Shown here: positions 12,740 through 24,639 of the stretch, piece after piece
How the letters are laid out: every line of letters begins with the position of its first letter
Numbering within the stretch: the first letter of the stretch is position 1
Source of the DNA: Dendrobates tinctorius
Lineage: Eukaryota
DNA: 64,000 nucleotides
Assembly: GCF_039654945.1 (NCBI RefSeq)
Contig: NW_027361686.1
Location: 9,548,001 to 9,612,000, forward strand
Reading direction: 5' to 3'
The notes under the pieces: generated by a model
Databases searched by the model: none
Told to the model about the DNA's origin: nothing
What the model saw: only the letters and a program-made list of their open reading frames with translations
Position numbers and translations under genes: made by a program

Positions 12740-13327
12740 CATGGTGGGCCATTTATATGGTTACACATAAATAAAATGGGAATGGTTGGTGATATCACGT
12801 TCCTGCTTGTGGTACATTAATATATGGGAGGGGCCTTAGACTTTTATCTTTGGGGTCATCTGAAGGCAATTGTCTATGCTGTGAAGATACGAGATGTGCA
12901 GCATCTGAAACAACGGATACTGGAAGCCTGTGCTAGCATTTCTTCTGCGGTGTTGCTATCAGTATGTCAAGAGTGGGAGAAGAGGGTCGCATTGACAATC
13001 CAACACATTGGGAAGCACTTTGAACACATTTTATAAGTGGTCATAAACTTGTAAATAACTCCTGGAAGAATAAAGTTACGTTAAAACCAAGCACACTATT
13101 GTTTTTCTTGTAAAATTCTCAATAAGTTTGATGTATCACATGACCCTCTTACCATTGTAAAAATTAAAGTTGGATCCAAAATGGCTGACTTCAAAATGGC
13201 CGCCATGGTCACCACCCATCTTAAAAATTTTCCCCCTCCCATATACTAATGAGCCACAAACAGGAACTTTGATATCACCAACCATTCCCATTTTATTTAG
13301 GTGTATCCATATAAATGGTCCACCCTA
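12740..13327 (+). mobile_element. Tc1/mariner-superfamily deletion derivative
   Basis: TIRs CATGGTGGGCCATTTATATGG.. / ..CCATATAAATGGTCCACCCT; TA flanks; transposase C-terminus LDFYLWGHLKAIVY..GKHFEHIL (12836-13036). Confidence 0.85.
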
Positions 13328-13440
13328 TATATACATATCTATATATATACATTTATATACTGTACATACACTCACATACACAATATATTTGTGTTGATAT
13401 TCTCTAACAGAGCCTGGTTCTCCCTGTTCTTCCTTGACAG

Positions 13441-13665
13441 ATACTTCAAGAACTGCCCTGTTTCCCTGCCTTGCGTCCATTGTTGTGCGCCTTGCTCCTT
13501 CCCAGCTGTTCCCCGGATGGAGGAGCATTGCAGCCATGTCGCTCGGTCTGCCTAAATGCGATGAACCTGTGTCTGACACAGATAGAGCAGCTTGGTCTGT
13601 CATGGCCGTTTAACTGTGAGCACTTACCATCACAGAGTCAGCAATCAGATTGTGTAATTCCCTAA
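13441..13665 (+). CDS. MFRP: Membrane frizzled-related protein, last coding exon (C-terminal part of frizzled CRD)
   Basis: Acceptor TTCTTCCTTGACAG at 13440. Reads ILQELPCFPALRPLLCALLLPSCSPDGGALQPCRSVC..WPFNCEHLP..CVIP*, matching the Cys pattern and the C-terminal CRD position of MFRP as recalled. Syntenic with the C1QTNF5-like exon. Upstream exons not found in the window. Confidence 0.9.
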   Translation: MLQELPCFPALRPLLCALLLPSCSPDGGALQPCRSVCLNAMNLCLTQIEQLGLSWPFNCEHLPSQSQQSDCVIP

Positions 13666-13709
13666 AATGTATTCAGTCCACTGAAATCTCAGTAAAATGT
13701 CTCACAAAT

Positions 13710-13731
13710 AATAAATCTTCCTTACAATAAA
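13710..13731 (+). terminator. Two candidate AATAAA poly(A) signals just after the MFRP stop
   Basis: AATAAA at 13710-13715 and 13726-13731; usage unproven. Confidence 0.45.
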
Positions 13732-14231
13732 CCTGCATCAGATCTTCAGCTAAATAATCTGGAAACCTTTTTCTGAGATGTTCTGTGTCATCATGGATCA
13801 TGGTCAACAAGAAAAACATTACATTCACAGTGAGCCTGTTTTTATTAACATACTGTATGTATTATTCCACTTTCAAGATTATTTTAATGAAAAACATTTC
13901 TACTTATAAAATCAAGTAATTGTGTGTACAATGTGCTTTACTTATCTTCTGCTGATCTCTGATTTACACTGTGTAGATTCCTGCATTATATGTATTTATC
14001 AGTGGACTATTGGAAATTACCATTTAAGGGGAACCTGTCAGCAGATTTATGCAGTCCAAACCACGGTTATTGCAGCCATGTGTGTTTTACTCAAATGCTG
14101 CCGCATTTCAGGGAAGATTTACTTTGAAAAGCCGCTGAGGACTATGCAATTTAAATGACAAGTCCGGAGGAGCAGCTTCTCCCCACCTCGCTGGCTATGA
14201 CTGACACTTCTCTCGCTTCATGTGTGTGTAT

Positions 14232-14745
14232 ACCTGGAAACAAGAGAGAAAAAAACAATCAATTGTCCTTGGTAATTATGAAATAAATACATATTTTATT
14301 GAACGACTAGCAGTTGGGGGGAGGGCTATAAATACACATAAAGAAAGGGACGCACATTTTACACCGAAACGCGCGTCGGGGTGGACACCATTCCAAAAGG
14401 AGTTTTTCACAGTACCTCCTCCAGGTAACCAATGATCCAACTGTGCATAATGATACACTAACACTTCAGGTCATTTCAGGTTACAGCATATTTGTAGATT
14501 AGGTGCAATAGAGTACAAGTGGGGTAGATGAACGTTGTGGCTTTGCCATTGTGCATTTATTATGTAAATTACTCCCTATGAGAAAATAATTTACATGTAT
14601 TGGTAATATGTGACTATGAAATGTGCATCCCTTTCTTTATGTGTATGTATACCACACTCCCTCAACTACTGGTCCTTCAATAAAATATTTATTTATTGGA
14701 TCTTTACTGAGGACAATTGTTTATTTCTCTCTTGTTTCCATATAT
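14232..14745. mobile_element. Penelope-like relic: inverted repeat pair with the 3' half of a hammerhead motif
   Basis: About 14235-14360 is an inverted copy of about 14620-14740; GAAA-CGCGCG-TC at 14366-14377. Confidence 0.55.
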
Positions 14746-14844
14746 ATATATTTATGTGATCCGTCCATGAACCTCATAGTAGTCCTATTACAGTATATGA
14801 TTGCACGCTAAGTATCTCACTAGAAGTTGCTTATACTCTACATA

Positions 14845-15257
14845 CAGGTGCTTCTCACAAAGTTAAGGCTTTGTTATGGCTCTCTCACAAAGTTATGGCA
14901 AAGATTATGGCTTACAGCCAATGAAACCCAAAAGTCATTACCTCATTAAATTAGAATATTTAACAAAAAAACACCTGCAAAGGCTTCCAAGCATTTAAAA
15001 AGGTCCTTTAGTCTGTTTCATTAGGCTCCACAATCATGGGGAAGACTGCTGACTTGAAAGATTTCCAGAAGGCAGTCATTGACACACTCCACAAGGAGGG
15101 TAAGGCCTCTTTCACACTTGTTATTTGCATCAGTTAAAATCCACCAAAAAGGCAGACAAGCGGATCCGTTCTCAACTGATGTGAACGGATGGCACAGGAT
15201 CCGTTTTTAGACGGATCCTGAAAATGAGGAAATTTAAAGGAACCGCTGGCCGGGAAG

Positions 15258-15293
<36 letters not shown>

Positions 15294-16707
15294 ATTTTTT
15301 TGTCCGGAACCCAGACAGATTTTGGGGTTAATTCTGTGTCTGGAGGATCCGCCGGCCAAAAAAAACGTTGCAAGCTCCGTTTGGAAATCTTTGAGGATGT
15401 TGACGGACACTAACATTGTGGCGGATCCTCAAAAAAACGGATGCAACGGATGGCAATCAGTCAGGATCCGCCAATAATGAAAGTCAATGGGGAAAAAAAC
15501 GGATCCGCAAAGAAAAATGGCGGATCCGTTTTTTTTCAAAATTGGCGTATCTTGACTGATTGTCAAAAACGGAAGTGTGAAAGAGGCCTAAGCCACAAAA
15601 GGTCAATTCTAAAAAAAAAGCTGGCTGTTCAAAGTGCTGTATCCAAACATAGTAAAAGAAAGTTGAGTGGAAGAAAAAAGTGTGGTAGAAAAAGGTGCAC
15701 AAGCAACCGGGATATCTCAGTCTTGAAAGGATTGTTCAGAAAAGGACATTCAAAAATTTGGGGGAGATTCACAAGGAGTGGACTGCTGCTGGAGTCATTG
15801 CTTTAAGAGCCACCACACACAGACGTATCCAGGACATGGGCTACAAGTGTCTCATTCCTTGTGTCAAACCACTCATGACCAATAGACAATGCTAGAAACG
15901 TCTTACCTTGGCCAAGGAGAAAAAGAACTGCACTGTTTCTCAGTGGTCCAAGGTGTTGTTTTCAGATGAAAGTAAATTTTGCATTTCATTTGGAAATCAA
16001 GGTCCCAGAGTCTGGACGAAGAGTGGAGAAGCCACAATCCAAGCTGCTTGAGGTCTAGTGTGAAGTTGATGGTTTGGGGAGCCATGTCATCTGCTGGTGT
16101 AGGTCCACTGTGTTTTATCAGGACCAAAGTCAGCGCAGGAAATTTTAGAGCACTTCATGCTTCCCTCTGCAGACAAGCTTTTTGGAGATGGAAATTTCCT
16201 TCTCCAGCAGGACTTGGCATCTGTCCACACTGCCAAAAGTACCAATACCTAGTTTACAAATAGCAGTATCACTGTGCTTGATTGGCAGCAAACTCGCAGT
16301 CAAGAGGAAGATGAGAGACACCAGACCCAACAACGCAGACGAGCGGAAGGCTGCTATCAAAACAACCTGGGCTTCCATAACACCTCAGCAGTGCCACAGG
16401 CTGATCGCCTCCATGCTACGCCGCATTGATGCAGTAATTGATGCAAAAGGAGCCCCAACCAAGTATTGAGTGCATTTACTGAGCATTTTTCAAGCTGGTG
16501 TAATAAAGTATCCTAATTTACTGAGATAATGACTTTTGGGTTCTCATTGGCAGTAAGCCATAATCATCAACATTAACATAAATAAACACTTGGAATAGAT
16601 CACTCTGTGTGTAATGACTCTATATAATGTATGAGTTTCACTTTTTGTATTGAAGAGCCAAAATAGATTCACTTTTTGATGATATTCTAATTTTGCAAAA
16701 GCACCAG
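14845..16707 (+). mobile_element. Degenerate Tc1 transposon
   Basis: TA-CAGGTGCTTCTC.. / ..AAGCACCAG termini; fragments KCGRKRCTSNRD, FSDES, MVWGAMS, DAVIDAKGAPTKY. Confidence 0.88.
15104..15588. mobile_element. Harbinger/Tourist-type MITE inside Tc1
   Basis: TIR GGCCTCTTTCACACTT / AAGTGTGAAAGAGGCC; TAA TSD; repeated CGGATCC motifs. Confidence 0.9.
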
Positions 16708-17081
16708 CATATATAGTAGGCATGCTATTTTATCCTATGAGAAGTTTTTGGAATGTGTGTACCTGCCTCAGACTTGTCATCCAAGAAACATAGTCCCCAG
16801 CTGGGTTTTCAAATTATGTTTTCTTTGAAATGCTACAGTGTTTAAAGGTAAAACATACACGGCTGCAATAACACAGCGAGTGTCTAATTCCTAATGTTAG
16901 TGGTTTGTGCAGCATAAGTCTCATGTCATGTTCTCTTTAAAGCTGACGCTCTCCTCTCACTCCAATAAAGTCTCCTGAATTGTGAATTATCTGAATATTT
17001 CTTTTCTTACAAAATGTGTACCGCTAAATCCTATTCTGCCACTTGGTAATTATACCCATATCCTGGAATGTTTGGTGGTGA

Positions 17082-18438
17082 TGTAAGGAGGTGGACCGGA
17101 CCGTGGGTACCTGCATGCCTGGTTCGGAACGGAAGGGGCTGCATCCTCTGTTTCTGGGGGGAAGCCTGAGGGAGGTGGACCTTCCCCTGCTGCAGGAGGG
17201 AAGGACAGTAGAGACGGAGTTTCCTGCTGACAGAAGGAGGCGAGGAGAGCCCAGAGAGAGCATGCTGACACAGGGGTATAAGAAGGAAAAGTGCGCGCTG
17301 CAGCAGGAGATGGCAGAGCTAAGCCAGGTGCCGTACACTAGGAGACAGTGAGTACCGCACCCACTCTGCCCAAGAGTGACCGTATACTCAAAAGAGACCA
17401 GCTGAGGACTGAGACAGACCGACATTATTCCGTGAGTGCCCTCCCTCTCTCTCTAAACGTGGACCCGCCAGCCTCCGTGACCGGAGGAGACTCCCTTGAC
17501 AAGCCTGAGACAGTTGCTAGTGCATGCAGACCCGACGTGCGCAGTGACAGTTCTGAGTCCCAGAGAGTAGTTTCTGGACTGACCAAGGAGCGCGGCACTA
17601 ATCCTGCTGTGACATGTTCTGAGTGTGGACTTGTGACTAAAGGTACTGTCACACTTAGCGATGTACCAGCAATCCCGACCAGCGATATGACGCGGTCAGG
17701 ATCGCTGGTACATCGCTAAGTGGTCGCTAGTGAGCTGCCACACAGGCAGATCTCACCAGCGACATCGCTGGAGACGGGGATCGCTACTTACCTGTCACAC
17801 TAGGCGATCCTGCGTCCTCCCGCCCGGCTCCACGCGTCGCTCGTCGTCACAGCAGGAGCGCCGCAGGAAGCAGACGACGAGAAACAGTCCAGGACGTTCT
17901 CGCGCAATCAGCGATAACCAGCGGGGGATCCGGTCGTAGGTAAGTATCAGACACAACGATATCGCTAGCAATATCGCTATAACGTCACAAGTTAAAGCGA
18001 TATTGCTAGCGATATCGCTTAGTGTGACATGCCCTTAAGAGTGGTGAGAGCAGAACCCCCCTCTCACCCCCCAGCATCCTGTTGTTTTCCCCGGAGGCTG
18101 TTTCTTTATCGTGGACAGAGACTTGAAAGACTGCATGTGCTGCTGTTGTCAGTGCCACCATTGGATTCTCACCTGTCTGAGACTGCGACTAGATGACCCA
18201 CAGCACTGTTGCCGGTGCCACCGTTGGAACCCTGTATGCCCTCACAACAGAAGTCCGATAAGTTTAACCCCTTTATTACTGAAGTCTCGTTTGTCCCTCA
18301 CCTACCCTGCCGACTTTCCAGTTCTGCTCCATTCCTTGCCATCACCCTACATGCACATCTCCCTGTAAATAAACCTGTTTAACCCTTGCTCTGCCTCCAC
18401 GTGCGTGACGGCATCCCGCATTCCTGCAGGTTATTACA
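17082..18438 (+). mobile_element. Solo LTR containing a Harbinger MITE (17641-18035)
   Basis: TGTAA...TTACA, 4-bp TSD GTGA, AATAAA near 18368. Inner MITE AGGTACTGTCACACT..AGTGTGACATGCCCT with TAA TSD. Confidence 0.85.
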
Positions 18439-20916
18439 GTGACAAATAATGCGGTCAGGGGTACCGCTCCCAGGGGTCCCCAGAATTAGACCTAGATTGG
18501 CCTTACACATACACCATTCATGGTATGAGTACGGACCGTGAGGTACAGACCGAACACAAGTCTAGTGACCCTAACTCGGCCAACTCAGGCATATATGAAA
18601 GCTGCTGTGTTTGGGTCAGAAGACCTGAAGCCAGTTCGGACATCACTGTCCATACTCAGATCGGGATTGTTGGACACGTGAAATCAACCATAGGTTCATA
18701 TGGTCACTATTAAAATGGAACCACACAAATGATAGATGTGACTGGCTCCAGGTGTTCGACCTTATCATGGACAGGAGCAGGAGCTACCTCCAATAACATG
18801 TACTAGTCTGCTAATGGACCATACTAGTGCATGCTGCAATTTTTTTCCAAACAGACCATCCATTCTGTGCCCTGGCACATAAACTATTATTGTCTAGTTT
18901 TCTGTCTGTTCCATCCTCGGACACAACACTCACCAAAAATACAGAACAAGGCCTTACAGAGAACGATATACTTGGCGTCATGCAGTAGGAAGGAGTGGCA
19001 TGGGGTCAAGGACATTTCTGAGTAGATTTGCTGCTTCGGAGCATCTCCTACGGGTGCTTCGCCCTGGCAGTATTGGTTATCCAGCTTTCCTGTAAGCAGA
19101 TGCAATGAGAGAACAGCTAAATACATTTATGTGTAAACATGATACAATTCTTTTTTTCTGGGAATTACTATGAAACGTTTTTTTTTTTTACGCAAATTCC
19201 TTAGTTAGTGATTCACCCTGTTGTGTAGCTGTTCTGTGCACTGAGTGTATGGACATGTCTGATTACCCTGCAATTCTTCCGCTATTACTCACTGCCCCAT
19301 TGCAGCCAAGATCTACCGTCTCCTGCGGACCTCGCTCCTATTGTGATGTATTCACTTGCCGTTTGGTATTTTCCCCACTTGCCTCTTGTGCAGTTTTCAT
19401 CTATTTTATACTTTTCCCGTTTCCTAATTTTCACCCATTATTAACCTCGTCGTGCGATCAGCCTCATTTCCTGCCTCCAATTCCCTTTCTTCCCACTGTA
19501 CTGGATTTTTTTTCCCTTGTGGTTTTTGGCTCCCTGATGGAATATTTTGACTCACATTAGGGGGGCGAAGGGTTGAAAACGTCATGGCTGGAAGGGAGAA
19601 AGAACTAGTTTAAGACTGGATCAGACACCAAGGGATCAAGACAAAGAGCAGAGTGAGTACAATGTGTGAGTGCGGAATACGGAATGCAAGGAGATACCAG
19701 AATATAGTCTGGTGATCCAGGAGAGTTGTGCGCAGGATCCTACACTGAAAAAACAAAAAATGTGACACTGAGTAATGCTGAGAGTAGTAATAGACAGGAG
19801 CGAGATTTCGCATCTTTCTTTCTATACTTATTCACCCATTTGCTCACTGACTGATCCACTTTCTTCTATGCTTCCTTTGCTAACCTGATGCCATGAAATG
19901 CTTGTGCAGAGAAGACACGTTCCTCATAAATACATGTTAGTGCAGATCATTGTAAAAAGTTGCAAAAAGAGGTTTTCCAATCCAACAAAGCACATTAATA
20001 GCAAAAATACATTCTAATGACTTAATTAAAACAGTAGCATGGGCATAAACTCCAAACGCATCGGTATATTATTTATAACCATGCTACTATTTTAATGAAG
20101 TCATAATAAAGTAATTTTGCTTTTAATTTGCTTTGCTGGATTGAGAACTCTTTTCACAACTTAGAACGAAGCTCCTTGATACCGCACGAGCTTTACCGGT
20201 GCACAGTGGAGTGGACTGCCAGGAAACCAGGAGTGAGCTCTACAAACTTTTCTATATTACTGCCGATCTTTGTGCGAACCAAAGACTCCGCACGAATCAG
20301 AGGCCGGCTCCTCCATGCTACACATCTAGGTTTTACTCCTAGACGCTGCATAATTTCAGCCCCAATTTTTTTTTAACTGTATTTATGATGCCTTCTACAC
20401 ACTTTCTGCACCTTGTCTGACAAGGGGGAGTGGCCTCACCAAAAAGAGGCGTGGCACATTTCTGACTCCAAGCCAAGTAAAAAGTCATGAGCATTTAGAC
20501 TAGAAAGTGTTAAGATACAACAGCTTTATTAAACAGCATCGAGGACAATGGAGCTGGAGCATTTTAGGACTGTCAAGTCTAAGTTTTCATTGTCTTAAGA
20601 ATAAGATAGTTTAGATAAATGTGCCCCATAATTGAAAGCATGCTCAGGATGAGGTGACTAGTCCAAGAGGATGATCTCCACTGGCTTCTGTCCATCTGCT
20701 GAGCTAGACTGACAGTTCTTACCCTACATACACAGGCAAGGAGAAGACCTGTCAGTCTAGCTGAGGAGGCAGAGACTAGTCACCTCATCCCGGATACGCT
20801 TTCAACTCTTCAGGGAACTATCCATACACACTACCTGAGAGAAATAATCTAAAATTATAAGGAGAAATATCTTTTTAGTATTTACAATACATAGATTTTA
20901 TTGAACAATTAATTAA

Positions 20917-22306
20917 TACTAGATGCACATTTCCTGAAGGAAATACATGGTGCTTGAACAGCGCTGCCAGCTTTACAGCAGTGTATCAGGTGTCGTCTGT
21001 AAGAAAATAAAGTTAGAATATGAATGTTGTGTATAGCCACTTTGACACATTCGGCACCTCAGTAGCCATTTTGGCCACTTGGTAGCCACTTTCACACATT
21101 CAGCCCCTTGGTAGCCACTTTGGCCACTTGGTAGCCACTTTGGCACATTCGGCACCTCGGTAGACACTTTGGCCACTTGGTAGCCACTTTGTCTACTTGG
21201 TAGCCACTTTGGCACGTTCGGCACCTCGGTAGCCACTTTGCCCACTTGGTAGCCACTTTGGCACATTTGGAACCTCTGTAGCCACTTTAGCCACTTGGTA
21301 GCCACTTTGGCACATTCGGCACCTCTGTAGCCACTTTGGTCACTTGGTAGCCACTTTGGCACATTCAGCACCTCAGTAGGCACTTTGGCCACTTGGTAGC
21401 TACTTTGGCACATTCGGCCCCTCGGTAGCCACTTTGGCCATTTGGTAGCCACTTTGGCATATTCGACACCTCAGTAGCCACTTTGGCCACTTGGTAGCCA
21501 CTTTGGCACATTCGGCACCTCGGTAGCCACTTTGGCCACTTGGTAGCCACTTTGGCACATTCGGCACCTCGGTAGCCACTTTGGCCACTTGGTAGCCACT
21601 TTAGCCATGTTGACACATGCTGCCACTTTGCTTCGAGGGCCACTTTGGTGCTCCGGGCCCCTCAGGGGCCACTTTGGCACACTGGGCTTCTAAAGCCACT
21701 TTGGCGTCCAACTCAGGCAGTGATGGCGAACCTTGGCACTCCAGCCGTTGGAGAACTACAACTCCCAGCATGCCTCAACTGGTGCCTCAACTGCTGCAGG
21801 TTGCAAGGGCATGCTGGGAGTTGTAGTTTCACAACAGCTGGAGTGCCAAGGTTAGCAATCACTGGGTGAGGCTTTTCAGAAGCCATTGGCGCGCTGCGCC
21901 TTTAAGACCTTGAATCAGTGATCTGTCAGCCTCTATTAGCTAATACGGGTCATGTGTGGAAGCTGCATTTGCATAGCTGCCATCTTTGTAAGGTCACTGC
22001 ACCTGTGCTGTGGCTTCAATCCATGTCAGTTGGGGGTTATGGAAAGGTCGCCATTAATTCCTATGGGAAATTTTTTGCTTAAAATGTGATTTTTTTAAAA
22101 ACTACACATCGGATCGACTCCAAAAATACATAGCACACCTGTCCCCACTGAGGGCTTCGAAACGCCTCCGGAATGGGATCTCTTCGCCGAGCAGTTTGGG
22201 CCCCACTAATTGCAGAAAACGCGGAGAAGAAGTAGAATAATAATAATAAAATATAAGAAATCGGATTACAATATGTCGCTTGCACCTAGAGGTTCAAGCA
22301 CCATAA
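20917..22306 (-). mobile_element. Helentron/Helitron2-associated non-autonomous element (DINE-1/HINE-like architecture)
   Basis: Asymmetric 13-bp inverted repeat ATGGTGCTTGAAC (20947-20959; inverse 22292-22304); hairpin ATTTCC-TGAA-GGAAAT outside one copy; internal minisatellite. Confidence 0.7.
21033..21705. repeat. Minisatellite, 49-bp unit of 20- and 29-bp subunits sharing GTAGCCACTTTGGC
   Basis: GTAGCCACTTTGGCCACTTG + GTAGCCACTTTGGCACATTCGGCACCTCG repeated about 11-12 times. Confidence 0.95.
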
Positions 22307-23869
22307 AAATATTAATATAAAATGAGCAGGGAATGCCTTCAAAAAACCTACAGGGATTATGCAGGATGGACATTAATGATATATGTTGGCGATATGTATA
22401 AGAAAGATGTGGAAACAGTGGTGATGTCACATCAGCATGCACATGGCATTTTCTTGTTGGCCATCTAAAAAAATAAATTATAATGTGCCACGAAAAAACA
22501 GTATCAAAATCAATGGGATTTATTGAAGCATTCCAGAGTTATGATCACATAAAGTGACATTGGTCAGAATTTCAAAAATTGTCCTGGTCACGAAGGGGTT
22601 AAACAGCACTATACCTTTCTTTTGCTAACACACCCTGGAAGAAGCGTGGCGAAATGGCAGCGTCATGGTGTAACCACAGAACATGCAGAACACACCATTT
22701 TATCTATTTTGACTACTAAGTGTATGTTTGCATTTACCTGAGTGTCTATACTCACTGTACATGTTGCAACTCCTAATTATCTGATTTGTAAGGCTATAAC
22801 ATACGATTTGGTTTCCATAAGCTCTTGCACTTGAGCCTGGCTTTGATACATGGATTTGTTTACTTGTATATACTTGATATTCATTAATGTGCATTCTGCA
22901 TAATCCCTGTATTTTTTTTAAGGTATTCTCTGCTTATTTTATATCATTAATTTTTAATTAATAGCTCAATAAAAATATATATTTTAATTACTAAAAGCAT
23001 ATTTCTCCTAATAACTCATTTATCATCAGTGACAAGTGTGCTAAATTATCCAGAGAACTAGTCTGATTGCCGTACAGAGGAGACGCTACCCAACACATGA
23101 CCACAAGTATGCCGGTCACATGAAGACCTCTTGAGCTGAAAATAGAGGGGAATCCTGACAGTGTGCATAGTCCTTATTGTGAGAATTCAGAAACCTACAG
23201 TGAGATGGGGGCATTGTAGAAATATATGTATAGCTTGGAACACCCTTGTAAGATACTGTATAATACGGTAAATGGTTTTTACAGTATTATTATATTGATG
23301 ACCCATCCGGATCTATCAAATTTAACCTAAAACCTAACCTGTTGATCAAGAAGAAGTCAAAAACCCCATGATGTGGAGGCTAATCGCCCCAAAAAACCCT
23401 ATATACAGAGCGAATGTCAGTCAGGGCTGGGGGCACGGTTACAGCCGCCACTCTCTATTCTTAGAGCCATGACTGGACCAGCGCCGGCTCTGCCAGAATG
23501 ACTGAAACCAAATGCCGTCAGGGAGAATAAAGATCACCTTCTCCCCGCAGCATTTGGCTAAGTACAGGTGTCGGGCAGGTTAGTAATGCTATTAACCTGC
23601 ACATTAACCCCATAGCTGCAGGATAATAGCGTTTTTGCTGGTGACAGATTCCCTTTAAGGAACACAGATAAAATGATTGTTTTATACAGGGCTGATTCAG
23701 TCACAAGAAATTAACAACCATCAACAGGTTATCTCATGGATTTACCGTAAAGGTTGCTTCAAATATGTGCAATCTGCATCAACCTCTCAGTGGCGCTATA
23801 GCATTGGTGGCTCTCTGGCAGACTTTGCTCCTTAATTAGTGGGATTAGTGGTGTGGTTGCACAGGTTCT

Positions 23870-24639
23870 GAGGGCCGGCGATAGGGGCAGGCAGACCAGG
23901 CAGCTGCCTAGGGCCCCCGATCCTCCATGGGCCTTGAGCCAGTGGCTGCTATGGGGCCCCTCTCAGTAAGAGGGTCCTGGCGCTGCCCATCCCCCTGCAC
24001 ATTTTACTATATGTACTATATGGGACCTGCATCATGCTATATCAAGGACTATCTGTACCAATCATTCTTCGTCAGCCAGAGTAAGGGTAGGTGCACACAG
24101 TCAGTAAACGAAGCGGATTGGACGCTGCGTACTTGTGAAGAATACAGATGTTACAGCATAGTGGATGTGATTTCAAGAAATCCCATGTCCACTATGCATG
24201 CACAGACACCCGCGGATCATCCGCAGAGATAGACATGTGGCGTGTGTCTCCAGACCGCAGCATGTCAATTTATCTTGTGGAGACGCGAGCCTCTGCAAAA
24301 TAAATTTCACCCATACAATGTATTGGAAGCGGTGATTCCGCACGGTTCAATGAACACATGCGGATTCACCTGCATTCCATAGCCAGCAGCGCTTTGGACA
24401 CAGTGGACATGTGCTGCGTCCAAATCGCTGCCAATTACTGAACATGTGCCTCTACCCTAAGGAGGCCGGGAAACAAGTGTCTAACGACTTAAGTATTGTC
24501 GATCGCACTCGTTTAGCGGCCTGAACTCAGAGCATGTAAATACAACCAAAATGTTTCTGTGTGATGTGCAATATGTTAGCAATTGGGGCTCCACTTTAAG
24601 CTTTTGCCCAGGGCCCCATTTTATCTAAAACCGGCCCTG
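23870..24639. mobile_element. hAT-type MITE with nested Harbinger MITE (24085-24457)
   Basis: AGGGCCGG.. / ..CCGGCCCTG; flanks CAGGTTCT / CAGGTCCT; inner element has TAA flanks. Confidence 0.75.

Noticed and set aside
18975-19100. Possible non-coding first exon of C1QTNF5 ending at GTAAGC (~19092)
   Set aside because: Only a donor-like hexamer in non-repeat sequence; not supportable without transcript data.
20973-21680. KVATKWPKW repeat ORFs
   Set aside because: Translations of a 49-bp minisatellite that cycles through frames.
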